A stretch of DNA of 64,000 nt from Clostridia bacterium (GTDB taxonomy: Bacteria; Bacillota; Clostridia; Oscillospirales; CAG-272): NCBI GenBank assembly GCA_017453365.1, contig JAFTKH010000006.1:6321-70320 (forward strand). The letters are read 5' to 3'. This document shows positions 18,919 through 27,709 of the stretch, piece by piece. Below the pieces are notes generated by a model. The model made no database searches. It worked only from the letters and a program-made list of their open reading frames with translations, and was not told where the DNA came from. Numbering within the stretch: position 1 is the stretch's first letter; every line of letters begins with the position of its first letter. The position numbers and the translations under genes are program-made.

Positions 18919-20084
18919 CGGACATTACCCTTGCTATAAGAAACTGTAATATAGTTCTTGAAGACGGAATAATTTTTGACGGAGTGCTATTGCTTTCCGG
19001 TGACAGAATCACCGAATACGGAAAAGAAGGAGAAATCGAAATTCCCGAGTGTGCAGAGACTGTGGATGCTCACGGCGGATACGTCGGTCCGGGATTTGTA
19101 GACCTGCACGTACATGGCGGAGATGGGAAGAGCCTTGTGTTCGATACCGTAGCCGCGGCTGATTATTATCTGCGGAGCGGAACGACCTCAATACTCGCCG
19201 CACCGTGGTACAAGCTGGATTTCAAAACCTTCCTCTCGGCTATAGAGAACGTAAAGGAAAAGATGCCCCTCGCCCCAACTGTAAAGGGGTTTTATATGGA
19301 AGGGCCGTATACCAATCAGAAATACGGCTCGCACGCGGCAAGCAATCCGTGGAAAGAGGGAATCGTCGAAGAAGAATACCGTCTGCTGGTAGATAGCGCA
19401 GGCAGCCTCGCGAAGGTGTGGACAATAGCTCCCGAGATTCCCGGCATCGGGGATTTCGTTCGGTATGCAAAGGACGTGAATCCGAGTGTTGTCTTCGCCG
19501 TCGGACACAGTGAGGCGACACCTGACGAGATACGCGCCCTCGGCTCTCGCTATCTCCCAACCCTCGAAACCCACTCAACGAATGCAACGGGACAAAGAGA
19601 CAGGCAGGGGGGTATAATAGGAGCCGGCCCTGACGAATATGCCCTCGCAACACCCGAAATGTACTGCGAGCTCATTTCGGACTCACAGGCGATACACGTC
19701 AAGCAGGATATACAGAGAATGCTCATACGGTGTAAGGGCGTTGACAAAATAGTTCTTATCACAGACGGCTCGGTTTATAACAATCCAACACCCGAAAAAT
19801 TTGCGGGGGTTACGGATATAAATTTCAGCCCCGCCGGCGAGGTTGCGGGCAGCAAGCTCACTATGGCTATGGCGTGCAGAAATATAATGACACACTCGCG
19901 TGTAGGTATTACCGAGGCCTTTTTAATGGCCTCGCGCAACCCCGCACGGGTTATAGGGATAGACGGCGAAGTAGGAACAATCGAGCGCGGCAAGCGTGCA
20001 GACCTCGTTATTGTCGACGGAAAATTCAACGTTTTCGGCGTTATTCTCGGCGGTGTGAAATGCAAATTTGAGGAGCAAGTATGA
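18915..20084 (+). CDS. Amidohydrolase of the N-acetylglucosamine-6-phosphate deacetylase (NagA) family
   Basis: GFVDLHVHGGDG metal-binding motif, GHSEAT and ITDGS. 389 aa. Its start overlaps the upstream stop. Confidence 0.75.
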   Translation: MTDITLAIRNCNIVLEDGIIFDGVLLLSGDRITEYGKEGEIEIPECAETVDAHGGYVGPGFVDLHVHGGDGKSLVFDTVAAADYYLRSGTTSILAAPWYKLDFKTFLSAIENVKEKMPLAPTVKGFYMEGPYTNQKYGSHAASNPWKEGIVEEEYRLLVDSAGSLAKVWTIAPEIPGIGDFVRYAKDVNPSVVFAVGHSEATPDEIRALGSRYLPTLETHSTNATGQRDRQGGIIGAGPDEYALATPEMYCELISDSQAIHVKQDIQRMLIRCKGVDKIVLITDGSVYNNPTPEKFAGVTDINFSPAGEVAGSKLTMAMACRNIMTHSRVGITEAFLMASRNPARVIGIDGEVGTIERGKRADLVIVDGKFNVFGVILGGVKCKFEEQV

Positions 20085-21442
20085 ATAAACTGGAAATTGG
20101 CTTCGGTTCTCAAAAAATAGAGACTCTGGGCGGCGAGGGTATTGCCGGCTACTACGTACCGAGGTATGTACGGGGACATCTTGACGACATCCTTACACAG
20201 GCTATTGCCTTCAGATGCGAAGACTCAACAATTCTTATGATAAGCATCGATACGCTCGGTGTGGCATCCGAATTTGTCCGTTCCGTCTCGGAGAGGATAG
20301 AAAGCGCTGTCGGCATTCCGCGGGACAGGATATACATAAGCGCTACGCACACGCACACCTCTCCCCTGGTCTTTGAGACGACAATGTTCAAGACCGACCC
20401 CAAAAAAACAGAATATTACCGAGAAAGGCTAATAGAAAAAACAGTCGAGACGGCAATCCTCGCCGTACAGGATTTGTCTTTTGCGAGGATGGGGTATGCG
20501 GTCGGCACCGCTCCCGACAGGGTTGCGTACATACGCCGCTACCGTATGAAGGATGGCTCGATTATGACCTGTCCTCCGATAGACGACCCAAATATTAAAG
20601 AGCCGATAGGCGAGCTCGACCGCCGTGTGAACGTTATCCGCTTTATGAGAGAGGGAAAGCCGGACGTCGTTATATTAAACTTTGGACTTCACGCCGACAC
20701 TATAGGCGGAGAGCTGGTATCTGCCGACTGGCCCGGATGGACCAGAAAAACGGTATCCCTGGCCCTCGACGGTGCAGAATGTATGTTCTTTCCCGGAGCA
20801 GAGGGTGACGTAGGAAGCACGAACGTTCACCCATCCACGTCGGATATGAACGATACGGAGATAAGCTTCGACAACGAAATGAAAAGTCCGGGGATGGCAA
20901 GATTCGTCGGACGCGCACTCGCGGGCGTTATACTGCAGGTCTACGACAAGGTGGAATTTTCCGACGTTGACAGCATTTCACTTGCAAAAAGGGAAATCAG
21001 CGTTCCGTCGAACAGGCCAACTCCCGAGGATTTACCAAGAGCAAAGGAGTACAAGAGTCTGCACGATGCAGGCCGCGACGACCTGATTCCTTATACGGCT
21101 ATGGAGCTCACAACCGTCGTTGCCGAGGCGGTTCGTATGTGCGAACTCGAAAACGGCCCCGACAGCTTCACCCTCGAGCTTTTAGGAGTCCGCATAGGTA
21201 ACGTTGCGTTTGTTGGCATCCCCGGCGAGCCGTTTACCGATATCGGTGTAAGAATAAAAGCGCACGGGGGCTACGGTATGATACTCCCCACCGCTCTGAC
21301 AAACGGAGATGCAGGATATTTTCCGGTAAGCTCCGCCTTCGACGAGGGGGGATATGAAGCGCGCTCCTCTCGCTATACCAAGGGTATCGACGACCTCATT
21401 GTTAAGGGAGCAAAAGAGCTGCTTCGTTCGCTCAAAAAATAA
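20081..21442 (+). CDS. Neutral/alkaline ceramidase N-terminal-domain-like hydrolase
   Basis: HLDDILTQAIAF...ISIDTLG and ISATHTHTSP motifs, typical of bacterial ceramidase-like proteins. Its start overlaps the nagA-like stop. Confidence 0.6.
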   Translation: MNKLEIGFGSQKIETLGGEGIAGYYVPRYVRGHLDDILTQAIAFRCEDSTILMISIDTLGVASEFVRSVSERIESAVGIPRDRIYISATHTHTSPLVFETTMFKTDPKKTEYYRERLIEKTVETAILAVQDLSFARMGYAVGTAPDRVAYIRRYRMKDGSIMTCPPIDDPNIKEPIGELDRRVNVIRFMREGKPDVVILNFGLHADTIGGELVSADWPGWTRKTVSLALDGAECMFFPGAEGDVGSTNVHPSTSDMNDTEISFDNEMKSPGMARFVGRALAGVILQVYDKVEFSDVDSISLAKREISVPSNRPTPEDLPRAKEYKSLHDAGRDDLIPYTAMELTTVVAEAVRMCELENGPDSFTLELLGVRIGNVAFVGIPGEPFTDIGVRIKAHGGYGMILPTALTNGDAGYFPVSSAFDEGGYEARSSRYTKGIDDLIVKGAKELLRSLKK

Positions 21443-21493
21443 AATGCAAGACCCCGGGAATACTGTGTTTTCAAGCTTTTTTGCAAAAAACAA

Positions 21494-21529
21494 GGTAGAG
21501 GTCTCTTACGCAAACCTCTACCCTTTTTT
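21494..21529. terminator. Bidirectional rho-independent terminator
   Basis: Stem GGTAGAGGT/ACCTCTACC with an A run before and TTTTTT after. Sits between convergent genes. Confidence 0.75.
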
Positions 21530-21557
21530 AAGCTGCGCCTAAATACGGCGCTCCCAA

Positions 21558-22214
21558 TTAATAACTGCCGTTGTTTTCAAGATACGCCAGCACCCAGTCG
21601 GCAATTTCGGTCATTCCCTTCGCCGTCGGATGGTTCTGGTTTCTGTCCATCATAGGGAGAAAGAGCGTCTCGCACCCGTAGTGTACGCACGCTTCGCGGA
21701 CTGCCAAGTTTATCTCATCCTTAAGCCCCGCGTTCACGATATATATGACACGGGTGGTGGGTAAGTGCTCCTTCACACGGGACAGAAGATAGCAGACGGC
21801 GGGACAGAAGGAGAAGAGCTCCTCACGGCTCCAATCGCCGAATTTCACCTCTCCGAGGGGCGAGCCTGCCCAGGAGTCGTTCGTGCCGCCGAAAATAAAT
21901 AGGGTGTCTATGCTGTTTTTCTCGAAAAAGCCCTCATCTATAAGCTCATCAAATCTCGCTATAAAGGATTTATGGCTACAGTCCTCGCCGCGCCAGCCGG
22001 TGTGGCAAACGGTCGTGCCGGACCAGCTCGAATTGAGCACTATTTCGCCCTCTATGCGTGACATAAGCTTATGCCACCAGGTGTCCTTGACCGACAGTAC
22101 GCCGTTATCAAGATTATGCCGTCCCGAATACCAATAGTCGAAGCCCTCGGGGATATACCCGAAAAAGGTAGAATAGCTGTCGCCGAGTATCATTACGTTA
22201 CCGAGATTTATCAT
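21558..22214 (-). CDS. SGNH/GDSL hydrolase family protein (esterase)
   Basis: Block I GDSYS near the N-terminus, GGTNDS block III, and a C-terminal ...NHPT block. Confidence 0.8.
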   Translation of the reverse strand: MINLGNVMILGDSYSTFFGYIPEGFDYWYSGRHNLDNGVLSVKDTWWHKLMSRIEGEIVLNSSWSGTTVCHTGWRGEDCSHKSFIARFDELIDEGFFEKNSIDTLFIFGGTNDSWAGSPLGEVKFGDWSREELFSFCPAVCYLLSRVKEHLPTTRVIYIVNAGLKDEINLAVREACVHYGCETLFLPMMDRNQNHPTAKGMTEIADWVLAYLENNGSY

Positions 22215-22332
22215 AAGCCCTCACAAAAAATTTATTATAAACATTATAACAAGACACACTTTACGTGTCAAGCTTTTTCGGCGCACCTCCGGCTCTCCAC
22301 GAGAAAATTTTTTCCGTTTTTCCCAACCTCTC

Positions 22333-22361
22333 TTGACTTTCCGAAAATATAGTTTATAATT
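22333..22361 (+). promoter_or_regulatory. Sigma-A-type promoter
   Basis: TTGACT (22333-22338), 17-nt spacer, TATAAT (22356-22361). Confidence 0.6.
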
Positions 22362-22415
22362 AATACAGTTAAGCTTTTAAAACCTAAATAATCTAATCAA
22401 AAAGGAAGAAAGACT

Positions 22416-23291
22416 ATGAAATTTGAAGGAATTTTACCCGCTCTTATAACCCCTATCGACAAAAACGGTAAGCTGAACGTTGTGGAGCTCGAGAAGATGC
22501 TCGAGCGCTTCATCGCTGAGGGTGCTGACGGCTTCTACGTTCTCGGCGCTACGGGCGAGGGAGTTATCGTATCGAAGGAGCTCCATATGGAGATGACCCG
22601 CGAGACTCTCAGAATTGTTAACCACAGAGTTCCCTGTATCGTTCACGTCGCGAGAATAAACAACGACGAGATGATAGAGCTCGCGAAGTATACCGAGTCT
22701 CTCGGCGCTGAGGCTCTCTCTGCAATCCCCCCAATCTTCTACAAGTACAGCGAGGCAGATATCTACAAGTATTTCAAGGCTCTGTGCGATGCGGTTAAGA
22801 TTCCCGTGCTCATATACAACAACCCCAACACGGGTGTGTCCTTCTCGGACGAGCTTCTCGAAAAGCTCTTCTCCATCCCGAACCTCACGGGTATCAAGTG
22901 GACCAACCCCAACTACCTTCAGGTTATCGCGCTCAGAGATAAGCACCCCGAGCTCAACATAATCAATGGTCCTGACGAGCTTCTTCTCCTCGGTCTTACC
23001 GCAGGATGTGACGCAGGTATCGGTACTACCTACAACTTTATGCTTCCCCTCTTCAAGAAGGTATACGAGAACTTCAAGGCAGGCAATAACGCCGAGGCTA
23101 AAAAGTATCAGACCCTCGTTACCAACATCATCCTCGCTATACTTCCCTTCGGCGCGCTCCGCGCGACCAAGTTCCTTCTTTCCGTTCAGGGACTCGACGT
23201 TAACTACAACTTCAACCCCACCTCCGGATACTCGAAGGAGGAGGAAGAGGCTATCCTCGCAGCTGTAAGAGCCGCAGGACTTGAGATTTAA
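22416..23291 (+). CDS. DapA/NanA family pyruvate-dependent lyase (N-acetylneuraminate-lyase-like)
   Basis: ALITP...GADGFYVLGATGEG, a Schiff-base Lys context (TGIKWT) and GTTYNF. 291 aa. Confidence 0.8.
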   Translation: MKFEGILPALITPIDKNGKLNVVELEKMLERFIAEGADGFYVLGATGEGVIVSKELHMEMTRETLRIVNHRVPCIVHVARINNDEMIELAKYTESLGAEALSAIPPIFYKYSEADIYKYFKALCDAVKIPVLIYNNPNTGVSFSDELLEKLFSIPNLTGIKWTNPNYLQVIALRDKHPELNIINGPDELLLLGLTAGCDAGIGTTYNFMLPLFKKVYENFKAGNNAEAKKYQTLVTNIILAILPFGALRATKFLLSVQGLDVNYNFNPTSGYSKEEEEAILAAVRAAGLEI

Positions 23292-23301
23292 GAATATAAG
23301 A

Positions 23302-23329
23302 AGAGACCGAGTTTATCGGTCTCTTTTTT
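23302..23329 (+). terminator. Rho-independent terminator
   Basis: Stem AGAGACCGA/TCGGTCTCT, 5-nt loop, TTTTT. Confidence 0.8.
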
Positions 23330-23514
23330 AATGAATAGTGATGGCAGTTGACTCTGTCAGCCGATGAAAAATTAAAAATGCTTTCCTTCGGCCGGTACGA
23401 AGCTCCGGCACTTCCTTCGCGCCCTTATCAAAGCTGACCGCTAAAACTTCGTACTGCTCGAGGCGGCGGCTTTTTCCTACCGCTTTTCCTATCCAACTCA
23501 CTAGGTTAAGGTAT

Positions 23515-23760
23515 TTACTGCTCCAAAAAAAGCTCTTCCATCGCTACACCGAGTATTCGAGCAATAACAAACAGCTCCTTATCGTTAGCACTGCGCAACT
23601 GTCCTTCGAGCTTAGAATAACTTGTCGGGTTTATATCACAGCCCATAGTTTGCATTTTTGCAATAAAATCCCTTTGCTTTATTCCCCTCTCTAGGCGGAG
23701 CCTCTCGATATTTTTCCCAACTATATTTGCAGTGCCGTACGCTTGCTTTCTTATTTTCAT
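23515..23760 (-). CDS. XRE family HTH transcriptional regulator (81 aa)
   Basis: IVGKNIERLRLERGIKQRDFIAKM... is a Cro/C1-type HTH. Divergent from the TM2 gene. Confidence 0.85.
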   Translation of the reverse strand: MKIRKQAYGTANIVGKNIERLRLERGIKQRDFIAKMQTMGCDINPTSYSKLEGQLRSANDKELFVIARILGVAMEELFLEQ

Positions 23761-23808
23761 AGAATTTGCCCCTTTTATTCTTTTTTAGAATTATATCCTT
23801 AAAAAGAC

Positions 23809-23837
23809 TTGACAAAATTCCAAAACGGAATTATAAT
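23809..23837 (+). promoter_or_regulatory. Consensus sigma-A promoter of the TM2 gene
   Basis: TTGACA (23809-23814), 17-nt spacer, TATAAT (23832-23837). Confidence 0.7.
23816..23832. promoter_or_regulatory. Palindromic operator copy 1 (AATTCCaaaacGGAATT), filling the promoter spacer
   Basis: 6-bp inverted-repeat arms separated by 5 nt. Lies exactly between the -35 and -10 elements. Confidence 0.6.
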
Positions 23838-23843
23838 ATAAAT

Positions 23844-23859
23844 AATTCCAAAACGGAAT
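23844..23859. promoter_or_regulatory. Palindromic operator copy 2 (AATTCCaaaacGGAAT)
   Basis: Same 16-mer 28 bp downstream of copy 1, around the expected transcription start. Confidence 0.6.
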
Positions 23860-23884
23860 AATAAGAATATAGGGGTATAGAACT

Positions 23885-24265
23885 ATGACAGAAAATTTTG
23901 AAAATAACGAACAAGATTTGGCCAACAAAAAAAGAAGGCAACAGGTAGATAATTTCTTGGTTTTAAATCAAAATTACCTCCCCGTGGATAAAATTGGTTA
24001 TATCAAAGAAAGGCTTTTAAAGGCCGACACATCTCAATGGTCCTTCATTCAGTCGTTTAAATTTAAAAGCCCGATGGTTGTTTGGCTTCTTTCCTTCTTC
24101 TTCGGTTGCTTAGGAGTAGACAGATTCGTAACGGGAGATATAGCTCTGGGGGTATTAAAGCTGCTTACCTGCGGGGGCTGCGGAGTTTTTACATTTATCG
24201 ATTGGTTAATTATTTGCAGAAGAACGAAAGAGGTAAATTTATCCAAATTATTGCTAATAATTTAG
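23885..24265 (+). CDS. TM2 domain-containing membrane protein
   Basis: FFFGCLGVDRFVTGDIALGVLKLLTCGGCGVFTFIDW is a typical TM2 two-helix motif. Confidence 0.8.
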   Translation: MTENFENNEQDLANKKRRQQVDNFLVLNQNYLPVDKIGYIKERLLKADTSQWSFIQSFKFKSPMVVWLLSFFFGCLGVDRFVTGDIALGVLKLLTCGGCGVFTFIDWLIICRRTKEVNLSKLLLII

Positions 24266-24302
24266 TAGAAAAACGATTTATTCTGAATAAATTTACATAA
24301 AA

Positions 24303-24362
24303 AAAGAGCTAGGATATTCGCGTTCTCCATTAAGGATAACACAAATATCCTAGCTCTTTTTT
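24303..24362. terminator. Bidirectional terminator-like hairpin
   Basis: About 14-bp arms AGAGCTAGGATATT/AATATCCTAGCTCT with a long loop, an A run before and a T run after. Sits between convergent genes. Confidence 0.6.
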
Positions 24363-24363
24363 G

Positions 24364-25641
24364 CTATCTCCACTTTGTCAAGGCACCTTCGGGTATTGTC
24401 AGCGAGACGCTCGTTTCCACGCCCTCGCGAAGTATTTTGAAGCTTACCTCGGAGCCTGCGCGGGCGTTCAGCATACTGTCGACGACGTGGAACATTCTCG
24501 TCACCTCGTAGGCCGTACCGTCTATCGTTATTTCTTTTATTATATCCCCTTTTTGGAGCGTTCCCTCGGCAACCGCTCCCGCGCTGACAGAGTCGACGAT
24601 AACGTCCTCACGCTTATGAATACTGCCCGTTTCGGTATCGACAGCAGTGTAGCTCTCGTCAGCGGTCACCGTTATGCCGACGAGTGCGCGGTAGGGTGTT
24701 TCGGCCGTCTTTCCGTCACAGTAATAAAGGATATTCTCCGCCACGTATTTTACTATATTGGACGGTATGGCGTAGCCGATATTTTCACTGTCGGTCATCT
24801 TGGCGTTAACTATGCCTATAAGCTCTCCAACGGAATTGTAAAGACCACCGCCCGAGTTGCCCGAGTTCACCGCCGTATCGATACGCATAACGCGCAGCTC
24901 CACCTCAGTCGATCCCGTGGTTTCGGTAAAGTTAAGTGTTACGTACTCGCTGTCGACATTCACGTAGCCGACCGTCGCGGAAATTCCCTCGCTCTCGGGG
25001 TTTCCGACGGCAATAGCAGTATCGAGCACAGCGACGTCGTTCGAGTCGGCGAAGGTTGCCGCCATAGCATTGCTCTCGGCGAGTATGCGTTTGTCATCAA
25101 TCTTAAGAACAGCAAGGTCGTACTGCATAGAGCCGCCGACGTAGGTCGCGGGAATTGCATACTTTGCGTTCTCCATACCGTAAAGGTAGAGGGAGATATT
25201 ATCGCTTATCTTATTAGAGGTCATAGCCTGGTGGTTATAGACCACGTGGTAATTGGTTATAACGTATGCGTCACCCTGCTCCTTATCGAGCTTATAAATA
25301 ACTCCGGAGCCCGCACTGTATGCCTGGGTTGTTTGTGTGCTGCCAAAGCCCGTGCTCGCAACCTCGAAGGAGCAAATGACACTCACTGCGGACAGCAGCG
25401 ACTTTGATGCTGCGGCAATAGTCCTGTCAGCGCCCTCTATAGTTATATCGTAATTATCGCCGCCCTCAACCGTAACGTCGCCCGAAAGAGCTCCGTCAAG
25501 CATCTGCTCCAGCTCCGCTCTCGTCACGTAATCAGAATCTCTCTCTCCCGAAAGAAGATACATGCAGGACGAAAGCATCAAGGTAGATGACAGAACCGCA
25601 AGGCAGAGAAGAAGCGATAAAATCCTTCTTACATTTTTCAT
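24364..25641 (-). CDS. S1C (HtrA/DegP-like) trypsin-like serine protease with C-terminal PDZ domain
   Basis: N-terminal signal/anchor sequence, TNYHVV (His), DLAVLK (Asp), GNSGGGL (Ser) and a PDZ-like C-terminus. I prefer the ATG at 25641 to the TTG at 25671. Confidence 0.85.
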   Translation of the reverse strand: MKNVRRILSLLLCLAVLSSTLMLSSCMYLLSGERDSDYVTRAELEQMLDGALSGDVTVEGGDNYDITIEGADRTIAAASKSLLSAVSVICSFEVASTGFGSTQTTQAYSAGSGVIYKLDKEQGDAYVITNYHVVYNHQAMTSNKISDNISLYLYGMENAKYAIPATYVGGSMQYDLAVLKIDDKRILAESNAMAATFADSNDVAVLDTAIAVGNPESEGISATVGYVNVDSEYVTLNFTETTGSTEVELRVMRIDTAVNSGNSGGGLYNSVGELIGIVNAKMTDSENIGYAIPSNIVKYVAENILYYCDGKTAETPYRALVGITVTADESYTAVDTETGSIHKREDVIVDSVSAGAVAEGTLQKGDIIKEITIDGTAYEVTRMFHVVDSMLNARAGSEVSFKILREGVETSVSLTIPEGALTKWR

Positions 25642-25728
25642 AAAACACCGCCATATTATAGATGTAAACAAATTTTACACGAAAATTATGTCCTTTATGT
25701 TACCAATGTTTTGCGCACCTTTAAATTG

Positions 25729-26850
25729 TTAATTTTTAAAAAACTGGTAAAGGTAACACGGGAGCATACCGTTGTAGAGCTTCTTCACCTTATCGGCACG
25801 GCGGCCGTAAAGTCGCTCAAAGCCCTCGTGCGAGGTGATAACGTATACCTGCCACGGAGAGAGTGAGCGAAAACGGATCCCGATATCGCGGTAGAGGCGC
25901 TCGACCTCGGAGAGCGTTCCAAGCCTCTCGCCATAGGGGGGATTTGTAACTATAGTTCCGCGTCTCCCGGGAGCGGCTATAGTCCTCGCATCACGTTCGA
26001 ATACTCGAAGAGAATTTAACACGCCCGCCCGATATGCGTTCTTTTTCGTGAGCTCGACGCACTCCGGGTCGATATCCGAGGCAAAGGCCTCGAAATCCGA
26101 TGCAACTATATTTTCTCTCGCCTCGTCCTTCGCATCCTTCCAAAGTCGAGCGTCTATAAATGGAAACTCCTCGGCTGCGAAACGGCGCTTCATTCCGGGA
26201 GCTATATTTCTCATGAGCATAGCCGCCTCAATGGCGATAGTTCCGCTTCCGCACATCGGGTCCCAAAGAAGAACGTTCTCACGGGGCCTGGAGGTCGCGG
26301 CAATTGCCGCCGCCAGCGTCTCGCGAATAGGTGCGAGATTTGACTCGTACCTGTAACCCCTTTTATGGAGGGGAACTCCGGAGGTGTCTATCATCAAAGT
26401 CACCTCGTCCTTAAACAGGAAGAACTCCACCTTATATTTCGTCCCTTCCTCGGGAAAGCGAAATATTCCGTAGTGCTCCGACATTTCCTGTACTATCGCG
26501 CGCTTAATTATAGCCTGACAGTCGGGGACCGAATGAAGTCCAGACTTTATGGAATGACCCGAAACGGGAAATATGTCGTTTCGCCCTATAAATTCGTGCC
26601 ATGGGAGCACTCTTGTACCCTCGAAGAGCTCGTCGAAGGTCGTAGCGGGGAAGCTCCCCAGAGCTATATACACCCGCTCCGCATAGCGGAGATTTACGTT
26701 TGCGAGGGCTACCGCCTCTGGGTCGCCGAGAAAGGTCACCCTGCCGTCTATAGTACTGATTTTAGAATAACCCAGTGCCTCTATCTCACAACCCAGAAGA
26801 TGCTCGAGTCCGAAAAGGCAGGTCGCAACAAGCTTAAATTTCATTTTCAT
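25729..26850 (-). CDS. THUMP-domain class I SAM-dependent RNA methyltransferase (RlmL/YpsC-like)
   Basis: N-terminal ferredoxin-like/THUMP region, DPMCGSGTI SAM motif I and a NPPYG catalytic motif. Start ATG at 26850 or 26844, overlapping the end of the upstream gene. Confidence 0.8.
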   Translation of the reverse strand: MKMKFKLVATCLFGLEHLLGCEIEALGYSKISTIDGRVTFLGDPEAVALANVNLRYAERVYIALGSFPATTFDELFEGTRVLPWHEFIGRNDIFPVSGHSIKSGLHSVPDCQAIIKRAIVQEMSEHYGIFRFPEEGTKYKVEFFLFKDEVTLMIDTSGVPLHKRGYRYESNLAPIRETLAAAIAATSRPRENVLLWDPMCGSGTIAIEAAMLMRNIAPGMKRRFAAEEFPFIDARLWKDAKDEARENIVASDFEAFASDIDPECVELTKKNAYRAGVLNSLRVFERDARTIAAPGRRGTIVTNPPYGERLGTLSEVERLYRDIGIRFRSLSPWQVYVITSHEGFERLYGRRADKVKKLYNGMLPCYLYQFFKN

Positions 26851-27709
26851 TTTTTGTAAACATTTGTTTGTTGTTCGGCATGTATTTTTCGAAGATAACG
26901 CTGTCGAAGCCACAGCTCCTCGCGAGTCTCTCCTCGTCCTCGCTCTTCACGGTCCACGCGAGGGTAGGCACCTTAAAGAGTCTCCTTATCAGGCGAAGCG
27001 CCGTCACTCGCCAGCCCTCCTTATCATAAGCAATAAAGTCGGGACGGCAGAGAAAATTCATACGTAGTCTTTCGAGCTGGCGGTAAAAAATCTTCCCCTT
27101 ACATTTTTCGTTTCTCGTATACTCTGTCGAAAGAATACCGAGCAGAATATCGGGTCGCGCACGTCTTACGGTGCGGAGGGCGAAGGGATTAAAGCTTTCT
27201 GCTATATATTCACCGTCGTAGTCCGCAATCTCCGAAAGAAAGCGCTCCGCAACAGCACCCTCTCCCACATCCTTCTTTATTTCTACAAGGAGAGGTACTC
27301 TCCCCGCGACGAGGGAGAGCACCTCACGAAAGGTGGGGATACAATCCTCGGTGCTGCCGAGGGGAATTTTTTTGAGCTCGTCTGCAGTGAGGTCTACGAC
27401 CTTTTCATCTCTTCCGCACACGCGGGCAAGCGTTGCGTCGTGAAACACGACCAGCTCACCGTCGCTCGACAGCCTAACGTCAAGCTCAATACCGAATCCC
27501 GCATCGCACGCACGCGAGAAGGCGGTAAGGGAGTTCTCGACCGCCCCCTCTCCGTGAAGGCCCCTGTGCGCGAAGCGCACTGACTTATATTTTTCCATTT
27601 TTTCGCGCGTCCTTCTGGGCGCGACCAGAAAAAGCCAAAGGAGAAACAAAAGCACACAGGCCCCCGCGAGGGAAGCCGCGACTGTTAAGATAATTTCAGG
27701 TAAGGTCAT
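26834..27709 (-). CDS. Membrane-anchored glycerophosphodiester phosphodiesterase family protein
   Basis: N-terminal TM helix. FAHRGLH...ENSLTAF...GIELDVRLSSDGELVVFHD. Confidence 0.8.
   Translation of the reverse strand: MTLPEIILTVAASLAGACVLLFLLWLFLVAPRRTREKMEKYKSVRFAHRGLHGEGAVENSLTAFSRACDAGFGIELDVRLSSDGELVVFHDATLARVCGRDEKVVDLTADELKKIPLGSTEDCIPTFREVLSLVAGRVPLLVEIKKDVGEGAVAERFLSEIADYDGEYIAESFNPFALRTVRRARPDILLGILSTEYTRNEKCKGKIFYRQLERLRMNFLCRPDFIAYDKEGWRVTALRLIRRLFKVPTLAWTVKSEDEERLARSCGFDSVIFEKYMPNNKQMFTKNENEI

Noticed and set aside
24361-25407. 348-aa + strand ORF
   Set aside because: It lies entirely antisense to the well-supported S1C/PDZ protease gene. Its composition is R/V/H/G-rich and it has no RBS or recognisable motif. 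It is typical of stop-codon-poor antisense frames in G+C3-rich genes.
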